A DNA stretch of 61,564 nucleotides, the filler included, from Hausera hauseri (taxonomy: Eukaryota): the NCBI GenBank assembly GCA_046269625.1. It is 10 parts of 10 records of this genome, joined end to end, with 100 filler letters (N's around TTAATTAATTAA, not from the genome) between each part and the next. Parts side by side here need not be neighbours in the genome. Positions count along the whole stretch, not along the records: positions 18,758 to 26,262 come from JBJURY010010567.1; positions 26,363 to 30,596 come from JBJURY010684994.1; positions 30,697 to 38,975 come from JBJURY010705437.1; 7 more parts are not named here. One strand, written 5' to 3'. The notes under the pieces are model-generated. The model was given only the letters and a program-made list of their open reading frames with translations. It had not been told where the DNA came from and did no database searches. Shown one piece after another: positions 25,382 through 36,946 of this stretch. How positions within the stretch are numbered: the stretch's first letter is position 1; each line of letters begins with the position of its first letter. Both the position numbers and the translations under genes were made by a program.

Positions 25382-25654
25382 ATGTCAAAAACTTGTCCGA
25401 TTTGTTGGGAGCAGATGCAGGATAAAACAATGCGAATGGCGACATGTGACACACACTTGTTCTGTATAGGCTGTATGAAGAAATGGTTAAGCAGTAAAAT
25501 GTCCTGTCCTCTATGTAGAACAAAATGTGAATATGTGGTGGTCCAGGATTCTGAAGACCAGTGTCTGTATGTAACATGGATAGGGCTCCTGATAAAACCC
25601 CTATTTGAATTTTTTCCAGTGACAGTGACAGTGATACTGATACAGTTATTATGT
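25382..25654 (+). CDS. Small C3HC4 RING-finger protein (viral E3 ligase-like); 3' end uncertain
   Basis: CPIC...CDTHLFCIGCMKKWL....CPLCR. The ORF track runs to 25744, but an acidic SSDSDSDTDT tail in another frame suggests a frameshift. Confidence 0.75.
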
Positions 25655-25736
25655 GATTGTTGTTTAATACATGTTTTTTTTCTCATTATATGCTTTATGT
25701 CTTTTAATAAAAACAAACTAGTTTTAACAACAACAT

Positions 25737-26255
25737 TTATTTAGTAACAATATAACTTTGACATAACGCTAAACACTTTTTATAAGCACAATGAGAACCA
25801 TGTTCACGATAAATACATGTAATGTTCTTTGGTATAGTTACCAACTTGCTACATTCATATGCACATATTCGCAATTCCGGAAATGCGCTATTAAATATCT
25901 TCTTCTTTCGCCCATCAGCATGATCTTTCACATAGAACAGTGATTCATTTATATCGCACATATTCCCAATATCTCGCATAAGACAGTCTTTACAATACTG
26001 AGTATTGTATTCTTCCCAAGTCAGTTTGTGATGATGGTTTGTCAAATAAGCATTTGTTGCTTGAGCCTTGTTTGTACAACAATGTATTGTAGGTCTAAAA
26101 ATAGCATATATATTGCATGTACTAAAATACACTTACGCAAATACATAATGTAGTGGATGAAACATATTATCCACGGCCATTATACATAGCTCCTTGATGA
26201 TGTATTCATTATCATTATCCACAAATCCCTCCAAGTCAATAAATAAGACAGACAT
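25737..26255 (-). CDS. DEDD/DnaQ-like Cys/His-rich accessory protein, two exons (26255-26137, 26094-25737), 158 aa
   Basis: MSVLFIDLEGFVDNDNEYIIKELCIM...HYVFA|PTIH...NITCIYREHGSHCAYKKC. Removing the GTAAGT...TTTTTAG intron at 26136-26095 gives an intact ORF collinear with 6735-7222. Confidence 0.75.
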
Positions 26256-26262
26256 TATTTCA

Positions 26263-26362
26263 NNNNNNNNNNNNNNNNNNNNNNNNNNNNNNNNNNNNNN
26301 NNNNNNTTAATTAATTAANNNNNNNNNNNNNNNNNNNNNNNNNNNNNNNNNNNNNNNNNNNN
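26263..26362. other. Artificial contig spacer
   Basis: 44 N + TTAATTAATTAA + 44 N. Confidence 0.98.
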
Positions 26363-29163
26363 TTGATTTTGTTTCCTAGTCTATCTATAGTAGTGTTTCT
26401 CAACGGGGGCGGTACCGCCCCCCAGGGGGCGTTGTGACGGTGCCAGGAGGCGTTAGCAGCAATATTTACAAAAGGGGGGCGCTGCAATGCGTTTGGGGGG
26501 CGTTTGCTTGAAGGTAGAAATTTAACCTTAGAGTCACAACAACAGCAGTTTAAATTTTAAATTGCTTGTGAAAAATGTGGGTCTGTAACATTAAAACGTG
26601 TGGCACTGCAACTGTATCTGTTTCTCTTCTCATCGGTGTCTGTCTGCTTCATGTTGCGCAGCTCTGTGCTGCCTTCAGGAGAACAGGATATCAGAGTATC
26701 ATCTATAAAATTTCACATGGCATTTACTAATCTGGAAAATGAATGGTTTGTTTCATGATAACCTGTGGATGAATTTATTTACCTGAAATTGGAGAATTGT
26801 GGTACACTCTGTGTGCAGAGGTCGCGTTAACGGAATATTTTCCGTATTTGACTGTTTTTTTTTCCATGGTGACGGAAAAATCTGAAAGCTGTCCGTCATT
26901 TTGACCGATTGCAATTAACTCCTCTGACCTCCTATGTCTGGAACACTTAATAAATAAGTCAGGTGAGGCGGAGAAAAAAAGTAAACGAGGCTTCTCAAGA
27001 CGACTCTGCGGCACCGATACACCGACATTCTCAGCTTTACGCATGGAGCAGAGCAGGCACCACGGAGGTGTTTTATTTAATCTGAAATAAATAAAGTATT
27101 CTATCTGGTAATCATCTCTGATCTAGACACCATGCATCTCCAGGAGCTGCCAGCGCATTGAAGAGTTTAAAAACAGGAGGATTTCGGGAGTCTGTGAGAC
27201 GCAGCTGAAGTGGCGCAGCGGGAGCGCATGCTGTGCACTTTCTCCTGTTAAAGCCACAGCTTGTGGGATTTGAAAATAAAGTCTTGCTGACGTCTGATCA
27301 CTTTGACTGCAGAATTTTTTCGGATTTTAAAACTTTAACTGAAATGGCGCAACAATGTCGCAGCAGAGCGCGGGTTTAAACGTCAGAACCACTGACGCCT
27401 GCAGATAAACTGTGCATAACGTGAAATTTTCCTTAGAGACATTTTATTGCATAAATCAAATACTCAATCAAACCCATACTCATGTTCTGTTTTTATTTAA
27501 TAATAGCCTATTTTAGCACAGTGGCGGTGTCTTGTGACTGACTGCATCTCTGCTTTTCTCTCTTCTCTCGTCCTCCTGCAGTCGAGGCAGAGACAGGATT
27601 AGGGAGGCCTTATCTAATTTTGCAAACTGCAGCCACTAAATAACGTTTGACTTTTTTCTTTTGGTTTTCTTTGTAGTTTTGTAAGGTAACTGAGTCAAAA
27701 GCTGGACAATATCTGTGCGTCACAGATGTGCTGTTTTTCAGCACCACACGCATCGTGCTTATGTGGCCTTATGCGCTGATGAGTTTTTCTCAGATAAAAT
27801 CCTACAGGCGCCACATGGGGCAAAACTGCAAAACCAACATGACAACACATTCTATTAAATGTTTATTCAATTTTTAAAAAAGGAAGTGACAGGTAAAAAT
27901 AGATCATGACGGATTTTTTTAACCCTGTCAATCAAAAGTTGTTAAATTTTTGTTTGATAACAGCGATCAGTAGCATGAAGTAAACTTACCCAAACTTTTT
28001 TTTTGAGAACTAAAGATCAGCAGCGGGAGGAAAATGTTTTTTATCCGACTCCTGGATTAATGTCCTGGTGTTGTGTTGGATTCTGATCTGCACTAATTTT
28101 AATATCATAATATTTCCAAGTGTCAGACAACGTTTTAAGATGCGTTATCTCAGTAAAATTAGTTTTTAAAATATCGCTCATTTTTTGACTTAACAGTTCT
28201 CTGCATTTTTCGATGGAATCCCAATGCAGAACCCAGGCAAACTGAGTATCAAAATTATTCTTGAGACATAAACTTTTCAAAAAGTAGGCCTCTAAATTGT
28301 TACACTTCGATAACCCTCCGGGCTATTGAAAAATAATTTTCATTTGACATTCAAATAACATTTAAAACCATTTTTTAAAAGAAGAAAATCTATGAGAGAT
28401 AAAACGAAACATCTGATTCTATTTGATTACGGAGGTGAATTTACTCTGTAATAACAGGTCAAATAGGCTAATGTTGGCATGTTTCCACCTCCTTCCCTCA
28501 CCTTTATTATTTTTCTTAATGGCTAAATAATGTTTCCAAGTGAAGAGGCCTTAAAAACATTTTGTAACCCAAACCCCTGTATAAAGCCGTTCAGTGGAAT
28601 CGAACAAAACATTTAGTGCTTTCATGCATGTTTTTAGAGATTGTAACAAACATTTTCTTTGCTACAAAACCAGCAAAATTTGTAGCACCATAACTAGTTA
28701 GTAAATTTGTGTTGTCATGAATTGTTAAGGCTTAATATGTCATATTTAATATATATGTCTTTGGATAAAATACAATGTAAAAACACAAACAAGAAACATA
28801 AAAGAGGGTTATTTAATTTAAAATTACTCAAAACAATACTCAAACCAAATTCCATTTAAAAAATCTGGTACAATAATAGCTGTACACATTTTTTAGTGCG
28901 GGCAAGCATATTAAAATAATGTATCAAGCCAGCGCATAAGAAGAGCGCGCATATCATGTATGCTAGCCCATCCGACATTGGCAGCATCTTTATTATCTTC
29001 ATTTCCTCTTCTCTCCACACAGCACTTCCAATACACTTCAAAATAAGAGCATCAATAAAAAGCTTACATTAATAACTGCATATGTGGCGCGCAAAAGTTA
29101 AACCTTTGTCCACTTTTGCGCTGTCTTTTTTATTTTGGAAAGTTAGCGAGCAGTAAAGAGAAA

Positions 29164-30462
29164 ATGGCACAGAACAAGAAAAAATGTCGTCAGTATTCAA
29201 TTGAATACCTTAATTATGGTTTCATAGCTTCTCCAACTAATGCACAACTTCCACTGTGTTTATTATGTGAGCAAGTTTTTTCAAACGAAGCGATGAAACC
29301 TTCACGTCTCAAGGAGCATCTTATGAAGATCCACCCGGACAAAGCTAACAGGGAGCGTCCCTTCTTCCAGGCCCTTAAAGACAAGCACGGTAGGAGAACT
29401 ATCAGCAGTCTCTTTGCTAAGAAAAGCAGCCAAAGCGACAGTGGGCTAGTTGCGTCCTACAACATCTCCCTGCTAATAGCCAAAAGTGGACAGCCATTTA
29501 CAGTCGGAGAAAAGTTGGTGCTCCCTGCCATCAAAGAGGTAATTTCTACCGTTATGGAGCGCGATCCCACACAGGTTCTGAACTCCATACCTCTCAGCAA
29601 TGACACTGTGGCACGCAGGATTAATGAGATGGGTGCAGATACAGAGGAGCAGCTGTGTGCCATCCTAAGGGATTCTCCTTTCACCATTCAGCTGGATGAG
29701 ACAACCACCTCTGACAACAATGCTCTGCTGATGGCATATGTCCGTTTTAAAGCGCCCAGCAGTGAGGAGTTGGCAGAGGAATTTTTTTTTTCAAAATATT
29801 TGAAAACGGACACAAAGGGCCAGACTATTTTTAATGCTCTGAATGCCTATTTACAGGAAAAGTCCATCCCAATAACAAATATCCTGGCATGCGCCACTGA
29901 TGGTGCCCCCTCCATGGTTGGCAGGTACCGCGGCTTCACTGCTCTGCTGAAGGAGCAGGTCCCGAATGTGCTGACAGTCCATTGTGTCCTGCACCGCCAC
30001 AACCTTGTGGCCAAATGTATAAGTCCAGCTCTCCACGAGTCTCTCAATGTCGCAGTCAAGGCAGTGAACAAAATAAAAGCCCATGCCTTGAATGACAGGC
30101 TGTTCCGACAGCTATGCCAGGAAAATGACGACACGTTTGAGCGTCTTCTTCTCCACACCGATGTCCGCTGGCTCTCAAAGGGAAACTGCCTTGGTCGTTT
30201 TTGTAATCTGTTTGACACCGTTGTGGAGTTTCTGGAGTCGGCTAATGCAGCTCTGGGGGAACAGGTCCGATCCAGCCGCTGCGACATCATGTATCTCGCA
30301 GACTTCTTTGAAAAAATGAACGAAGTCACAATGAAGCTCCAAGGAAAAAACGTCACTCTTGTTCAGTGCAAGACCGTCATCCACAGTCTCACCTCCAAGC
30401 TGGATCTGTACAGGCAGACTATAGGCAGGAGGGAGTTTGCCCATTTCCCGCTGTTGACAAAG
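29164..30462 (+). CDS. Buster/ZBED8/SCAND3-like hAT transposase, first coding exon (uninterrupted)
   Basis: RQYSIEYLNYGF, CLLC..VFSNEAMKPSRL..HL..H (BED finger), PLSNDTVARRI, QLDE, TDGAPSM.G, HCVLH, TDVRWLSKG, LQGK. Probable donor AAG|GT at 30463. Confidence 0.92.
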
Positions 30463-30518
30463 GTGATAATTAGAATTAAAATATATTTTTAAAATTTCTA
30501 TACATAAATTGTTGCTTT

Positions 30519-30520
<2 letters not shown>

Positions 30521-30596
<76 letters not shown>
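30521..30596. repeat. (AAT)n microsatellite
   Basis: Perfect trinucleotide run at the contig end. Confidence 0.97.
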
Positions 30597-30696
30597 NNNN
30601 NNNNNNNNNNNNNNNNNNNNNNNNNNNNNNNNNNNNNNNNTTAATTAATTAANNNNNNNNNNNNNNNNNNNNNNNNNNNNNNNNNNNNNNNNNNNN
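30597..30696. other. Artificial contig spacer
   Basis: 44 N + TTAATTAATTAA + 44 N. Confidence 0.98.
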
Positions 30697-30749
30697 GAAA
30701 TGTACAAAAATCACGAAGTAAACAGTGTGATTTGCATATTTGGTTTTAG

Positions 30750-33700
30750 TATGAACCAGGCGTTTTATATCTTCGATGCTTTTCTCCTTACTGTACTTGC
30801 TGAAAATGACAGTTTTGCCACATGTTTTTGCTTTTGTCTCTGTGCTGTGATGCTTGAGGAGAAACGATGTTACATTTTGTCGCGTTCAGTGTAGTGTCCT
30901 GCTGAGGTGAAGCAGGAGAGGGAAAAGAAGTAAATGAAAGTGGATAATTGAAATTGTCGAAGGGAGATTCCAAAGATAAGANNNNNNNNNNGGATAGGGG
31001 TAGGAGGTGAAATAGATGCGGGAACAGAAACAGGAACAGATGAAGTAGGAGTAGAGACAGGAGATGAAACAGAAAGAAATGCAGGAGTGAAAAAATATGT
31101 CGAAGTTTCGGTTGGGGAGGTGTCGTCTACAAAAAATTCAGGTTTTACGTTATTTATATGGACTGCCAGTTCCTTGACGTCTTTAAGAATGACATCGTTA
31201 TGAGAATGTAGTTGAATTAGCTTATAGGGCCCTAGATACTGCGGTTGAAAACTACACGGCGTTTGATTCCGTAGCCAAACAAACTTTGCAGAATATACAT
31301 TGTCGGATAAATACATTTTATTGTTGTGTAATATTTTACAGAACGAGTCTTTACTTACTGCGACGAAATGGTCCTCTGCTCCTCTGATCGTTTTGTGTGT
31401 AGGCGTATTATTTAAGGTGCTTAGTTCAAACAAAGAACAAACAGGCGCTTTAAATAAAGCTTCGGTAGGTGAGCATCTTGTGGAAGTGGATGGAGTGTTC
31501 CGTCAGCCAAGCAGAACTAAAGAAGAAGAACTGTCCAACTACTGTTGAATTCAGCGAGAATTTTTAGCGACGTTTTTAGAGTTCTGTAGAATCTCTCACT
31601 AAGACCATTCAATTGGGGATGATAAAGCGTAGTGTGTATATTACTGATCCCCAATCGGCTAACAAGTGATTTGAACAGGTTGGATTCGAATTGGGCCTTG
31701 GTCCAAAATGATAAATCTAAAAGATCCAAACATTATGATCCAAGTGCGGATAAATACTTCGGCTATCGTATCAGTGTTTGTGCTTCGCAATGGGACGGCT
31801 TCTGGCCATCTAGAGGAACGGTCCGTCATGGTTAAGATGAATTGATGGCCATTGTCTGGAGGAAGAGGGCCGACCAGATCTATATGAGCAGTCTTGAAAC
31901 GCGATGTGCAAGGGAAATGATATAGTGGTGGCTTGAAATGCTTGATGGTTTTAAATTTCTGGCAAGCCACGCACTCCTTAACCTACACTTGCACATCGGA
32001 ACGCATTGAAGGCCAAACTACCTGTCGGTGATATAAGCGAAAAGTGGCCTTAGCACCAGGATGGTGTAAAAAATGCACACTGTTGAAAGCCTGTTTTTGC
32101 AAAGCAGGTGCTACGATTATTTTAGACTGTCCTGGTTTGGATGTGTCTAAGGCCACACCGTCAACGATGTTCCACAATTTAAAAAATTTAAGAATGTCTT
32201 GACATGGTTGCTTTTCCTGAAGTTGATTTTGAGTGAAAATTGGTTTAATATTAATTGAACTAACTGACGTAGACAAAAAGTCTGCTACTAAGTTGTTAAC
32301 GCCACTAATATGTTTAATTTCGAAATTAAACGTCGACAAATACGATATCTGTCATTCCTGCCGAGTGGACGGTTGTTTCATCGCCATGATATTTTTGAGG
32401 GGTTTATGATTGGTTTGTATAGTGAAACGGCGGACAATGAGCAAATGCGAAACGTGTTTTAAGGCGAGAAATATCGCCAGTAGTTCTCGGCCAAAAGTGG
32501 AGTACCTGGTTTCCAGTTGGTGTTAGTTTTCGTGAAAAGAACTCTAGTGGTTGATTTTATCCCTTATTAATCTGGTGCAGTACAGCACCTACGGCGTAGT
32601 ATAGGTGTCTGTAGTAATAATACGTTCGGTGTCTGGCTAAGAATATGCTAATATTTCTACTGTTTTAGGCCTTCTCTTAACTTATCAAACTTATCTAGCA
32701 GTTCCGGTGTCCATAGTATTGGCTGATTCGTTTTCCCGCCACTTAAATGAGCAAAAAGAGCGGTTAGCTCTGAGCAATATGAGACATACTTGTGGACGAA
32801 ATGTAATGTGCCGCGGAAACTCCTAATTTTAGTGGTTGTTCGCGGTAATTGAACGTTTTTGAGGGCCTCACTCAGTCAGGCTGAGGAGAATGCCCTTCAG
32901 AAGAGATAATTTGTCCGAGAAAATTTATGCGTCGTTGAAAGAAATGACATTTTGCAAAGCTTATCTGGAGGTTGTGTTGGTGTAAACGGCGAAAGACAGA
33001 TTGTAGATGTTCCTCATGCTGTCTACTGGATGAAGAAGCAACTAGAATGTCATCAATGTAAGAATGAGCATAAGGAAGATGAGAAAATATTGCATCTATG
33101 TGACGTTGGAAGGTTTGTGCTGCATTCCTTAGACCAATAGGCATATATAAATATTCATAAAGGCCGAAGGGTGTAATAATGGCGGATTTTTTAATATCTG
33201 CGGGTGCCACCGGGATTTGGTGATACGCCTTGATCAGATCAATAGTACAATAGATTGTGGTGGCGTTGAGACGATGTAATATATCTTTTATCAGTGATAA
33301 GAGATAGGCGTCCATTATGGTCAAAGAGTTTAGTTGTCGATAGTCACCGCACGGTCGAAACGATCCGTCCTTTTTTTGAACAACATGTAAAAGCGAAGAC
33401 CATGGCGACTTGAATTGGCGTACTATGCTGGAGCGTTCAAGATTTAGGAATTTAGTTTAAACGGCCTGTCTTCGGCGCGGAGTTAATGGACATACCTTTT
33501 GGCGAATAGGCCTTTGGTGTTGTGTTACGATGTGATGGAAAGTACTGTTTGCTGGTTTAAAAGACCTATCTTTCTCAATTACGCGAGTACATGACGTATT
33601 AACGTAATGTTGCAGACTTTTAGGTAACTGTAAAAGGTCGGTTGAAGGCGAGACGGTTTTATCATTAACAGGTAAAATATGGAACTCACTTTGTGGATTA

Positions 33701-35800
33701 AGATCGAGAGGTATTTGATGTAGTATGGTCGTGTTGAATATTGTATTTGAAGCAGTAATTTTATCAAGTGTTTTTACGGTATCGACAAAATCATAATTGT
33801 CAACATCCAAATTCGATTCCGTATAAGTATCATTTTAAAATTTTATGGAATAAGTTGTGATTATTTAAAAAAATCTGTTTACTCGACGACCTTTTTAATA
33901 TTGGCTTCCGTGTGACCTTCACTTGTGCGACAGTTGAAACGTCATTTGTCTGGCCAATTTGATTCTTTTGTCCATTTTTTAAACAATGTTGTTTACAGTC
34001 CACCAGAAGATTGTAATAAGACAAAAAATCAGACTCTAGAATGGCTGTCTGGACATTTGCAACGGTGAATGCCCAATGAAATTTTGAAGTAAAGTTTGGC
34101 AAAGTGAAAGAGAGTCTAAAGGTATCGGAAATTTGTAACGACTGCCCGGAAGCTGTAAAAAGGGATTTTGTTTTAGACGGTACGTTTTGGACTGGAAAGG
34201 TGAGAGGTAATAGCGATATTGCTGCACCTGTGTCGATAAGAAAGTTTATGTATTAAGATGGTGGTGTTATGGTAAAAGCCCTTAACATGAATACAGCGAA
34301 AGAAGTTTTTCGGCTATCAAAATGTAAAGAATGGCCGTCGCCAGTGATCGCCGTAAACTCTGGCGGCGGGGTTAGTTTTTTGAAAGAGGGGAACCTGGAC
34401 GACTGTTAGAAGTGAAGCTAGCACGTTTGTTGTTTGAATATTGTGTGTTGATGTTATAAGTGTAACCTGTGATAGATTTATGCGCATTATGTCTAAATTT
34501 TGCATGGTATATGCAAACAATGTTGTTAGTATGGTACTTCTGGGTGTAAAATTTGCACCAAAGATGGCTTTTTTGTGCTTTCTTTTCAAATCTACCGTGA
34601 TAATAGCAAATCAGTGATCGCCCAGGCAAAAGTGTCCGGCCTCTAGATACGGAACGAGTATGGTTAGAAACAAAACCTCCCCTTCAAGTCAATGAAATCT
34701 TGTTCAGTTTATTTTTAATATTACTTATAGTTGTCTGTAAAGTCGAATTTTCGGATCATAGTTGAGCTAATTGCTGTTCTAATGTAGTGTTGTTGGTAGT
34801 AGCAGCTGCGAAAATGACTGTTTGAGTGTGTACATGTAAAACCTTGTATGTTTTGTCTGCCAGTTCGGCCAATTTGTCAAGAGTCGTCGATTCTTTGACG
34901 ACGGTAAGTAAGGCACTAATTTGTATTGGCATTGCGTTCAAGAAGTAGCGCCGCAAAAGATCGGCATTATGTTGTTTAGTTACGCCAAGTGTTTGAAGTT
35001 GAGCGAGTGACGTTCTAAGGAACTCTGACGGTTTTTTACGTTCCCATAGCATTGTCGTTGAAAAACCGATGAATTATAGTGTTCATAAATGGTTCGGTAA
35101 GCTTTAGAACGGCGTTGTAAAGATAAATGTATGGATCAGGTTGCTGGAAGATGTCTAACAAGTCATGAATGGACGTTTTTACTTCAGTCGGTAAAAGACA
35201 AAGTAGGTTATTAGCTTTGGTTAGCGGATCGGTGATGCCATTGGATTGCAGCCAGAGCTTGTGGAAGTTAAGCCATGTCTTGCTAGAATTTTCGTGGCCT
35301 ATAAAATATTCGGTACAATGTGAGGGTGTAATAGGAGTGGTTTTAGGCGAAAAATAAGATCAACTGAAGAGGTTTTGTTGGTCGATTTTTCGTAATAGAC
35401 AACGGATTTTGGTTTTGTAATGGCCTTATCTGCTGTATCGTTGGTTGATAAAGATAGCATGCCACCACGGATTCTGCGGTTGATGTCAAAGCGGGGGGGG
35501 GAAGACGGAGAAAATGTGATGTCTTGAAGACTGGTGAAGGTGAATCCATTGTGAGTCAGATAAAAATCGGATATATGAGTTATTGTGCAAGTATGGTTGT
35601 GTAAGTGAGTAAGGTGTATATGTTTTGTTAAGTATAGGGTATAAACCAATGTATTATTTAAAAAACAGAAAATGGAAAATGGTGATAGTAGGTAGCCGGG
35701 TGGACAGTGCGGCACCCCAGCACACCACGTCCCGCGCCCCACGGTCGCCGGGCGACCCACCGGAGTCGTAGATCCACGACGACAGCGCCGAATCACCGAA
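30750..35800 (-). mobile_element. Near full-length decayed Ty3/gypsy element, CsRn1-like (UBL-gag-pol)
   Basis: Gag TWLNFHKLWLQSNGITD..K, KPSEFLR, two CHCC-type knuckles ending SKN*; PR FLIDTGAA; RT CGDYRQLN, DLIKAYHQ, YIDD; RH; IN HIDLVGPLP, DQG, YHPQLNGLSER, GPY. Possible degenerate tRNA-Trp PBS near 35785-35798. Confidence 0.92.
35461..35679 (-). CDS. Ubiquitin-like domain upstream of Gag, ending RIRGG
   Basis: 73 aa FSIFCFLNNTLVYTLYL...ISDFYLTHNG...RFDINRRIRGG|M. Ubiquitin length, FYL..NG strand and diglycine end; one frameshift (near 35350) from the capsid frame. Confidence 0.65.
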
Positions 35801-36946
35801 ACAAAACAACCTCCATCAGACAAACGAACCGCAGAGACGAAATTAATTTCCGTGGTGAAGTTGACGCATTGAAATGTAGAATCTTCGTCAGCATTCGTTA
35901 TAAATGGGTTCGAGAAAACCCAGTGATGTGCCGAGAAATGTCCTGAAAATTAAAGTCTTTTCCTTCGATGATCAATTCTGTTGTTGAGAATTAAGAAAGA
36001 ACGTCTCAACATCCTCTTTAAAATACATTGTGAGTTATTCCGCCTAGCGACTTTTGGTTGCAGTTCGGATAAGAATCTTGGCTATCACGAATAAGAAATA
36101 TGGTGCGGCCGAAAAATAATTGTGAAATTCATTGTCGTTGATCTACATCAATTCCGGATAAAAACCCAACAGAATTATTTTTTAAACAGCCGACTAACAT
36201 TGACATCAGGTTTAACGGGATTTAAATTTGAAAATTGTACCGAGAGCGGGATAGTTAGAAACCTATTCCGGCTGAAATTTAGTTTCATTGGAATCGATAG
36301 GATGAAACGCCGCATGAAAGAGTAAATTGGATTTTTGTGTAGACAAAATTCAACAAAATTGCAGCAACAGTCGGGGTCTAGCATTATAATCTTAGGAAAG
36401 GGAGAATACATGTGACTCACTCCGTATGCATCAGGAACATTGCGAAGTTTATCAGTAAATAATGTCCAATGTTTAAGTCGTGAATCAATTAACATGGCGC
36501 TTTCGCGGAAGGTATAATCGTTCATTACAAATAATGCAATAGAGATGACGAATAACTTATAATCACGAGGTTCATGACGTATTAAGAAATTCGTGACGAC
36601 CTTTTCGTTCAGAGTACGTATCGAGTAGAGAAATCGGTCTATTGAGCGGACTTATCAAATTATCTATGTAAATATCTGGGGCCACACGACAAAGTACCTC
36701 CATACACGGAACCTCGTCGATTGAAAAAAAAAGTAAAACATTAATAGCAATTAATCTGGACACTTCTTTTGGCCAAATATTAGGAGATAAAGATAATAAT
36801 GTGTGTGCCATAGACCAAGAGAAAAACTTGAACATGAAAAAGGAAATATCCTCAATTTTATTGACAAAATGTCGTTCCAAAAATATATACTCCGGATGAC
36901 ATAAGTTTTGTTAATCACCAAAGAAACATTTGCATATAATGTTCGG

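Larger units (their letters stand above)
26391..30596 (+). mobile_element. hAT (Buster/Charlie) DNA transposon, 5' part
   Basis: TIR-like TAGTGTTTCTCAAC at 26391 is preceded by the 8-mer ATCTATAG (nnnTAnnn) and followed by GGGGGCG subterminal motifs. The transposase lies downstream; the right end is not in the contig. Confidence 0.7.

Noticed and set aside
29457-30444. Antisense ORFs over the hAT transposase (likewise over the pol genes)
   Set aside because: Shadow frames of real coding sequence with no motifs.
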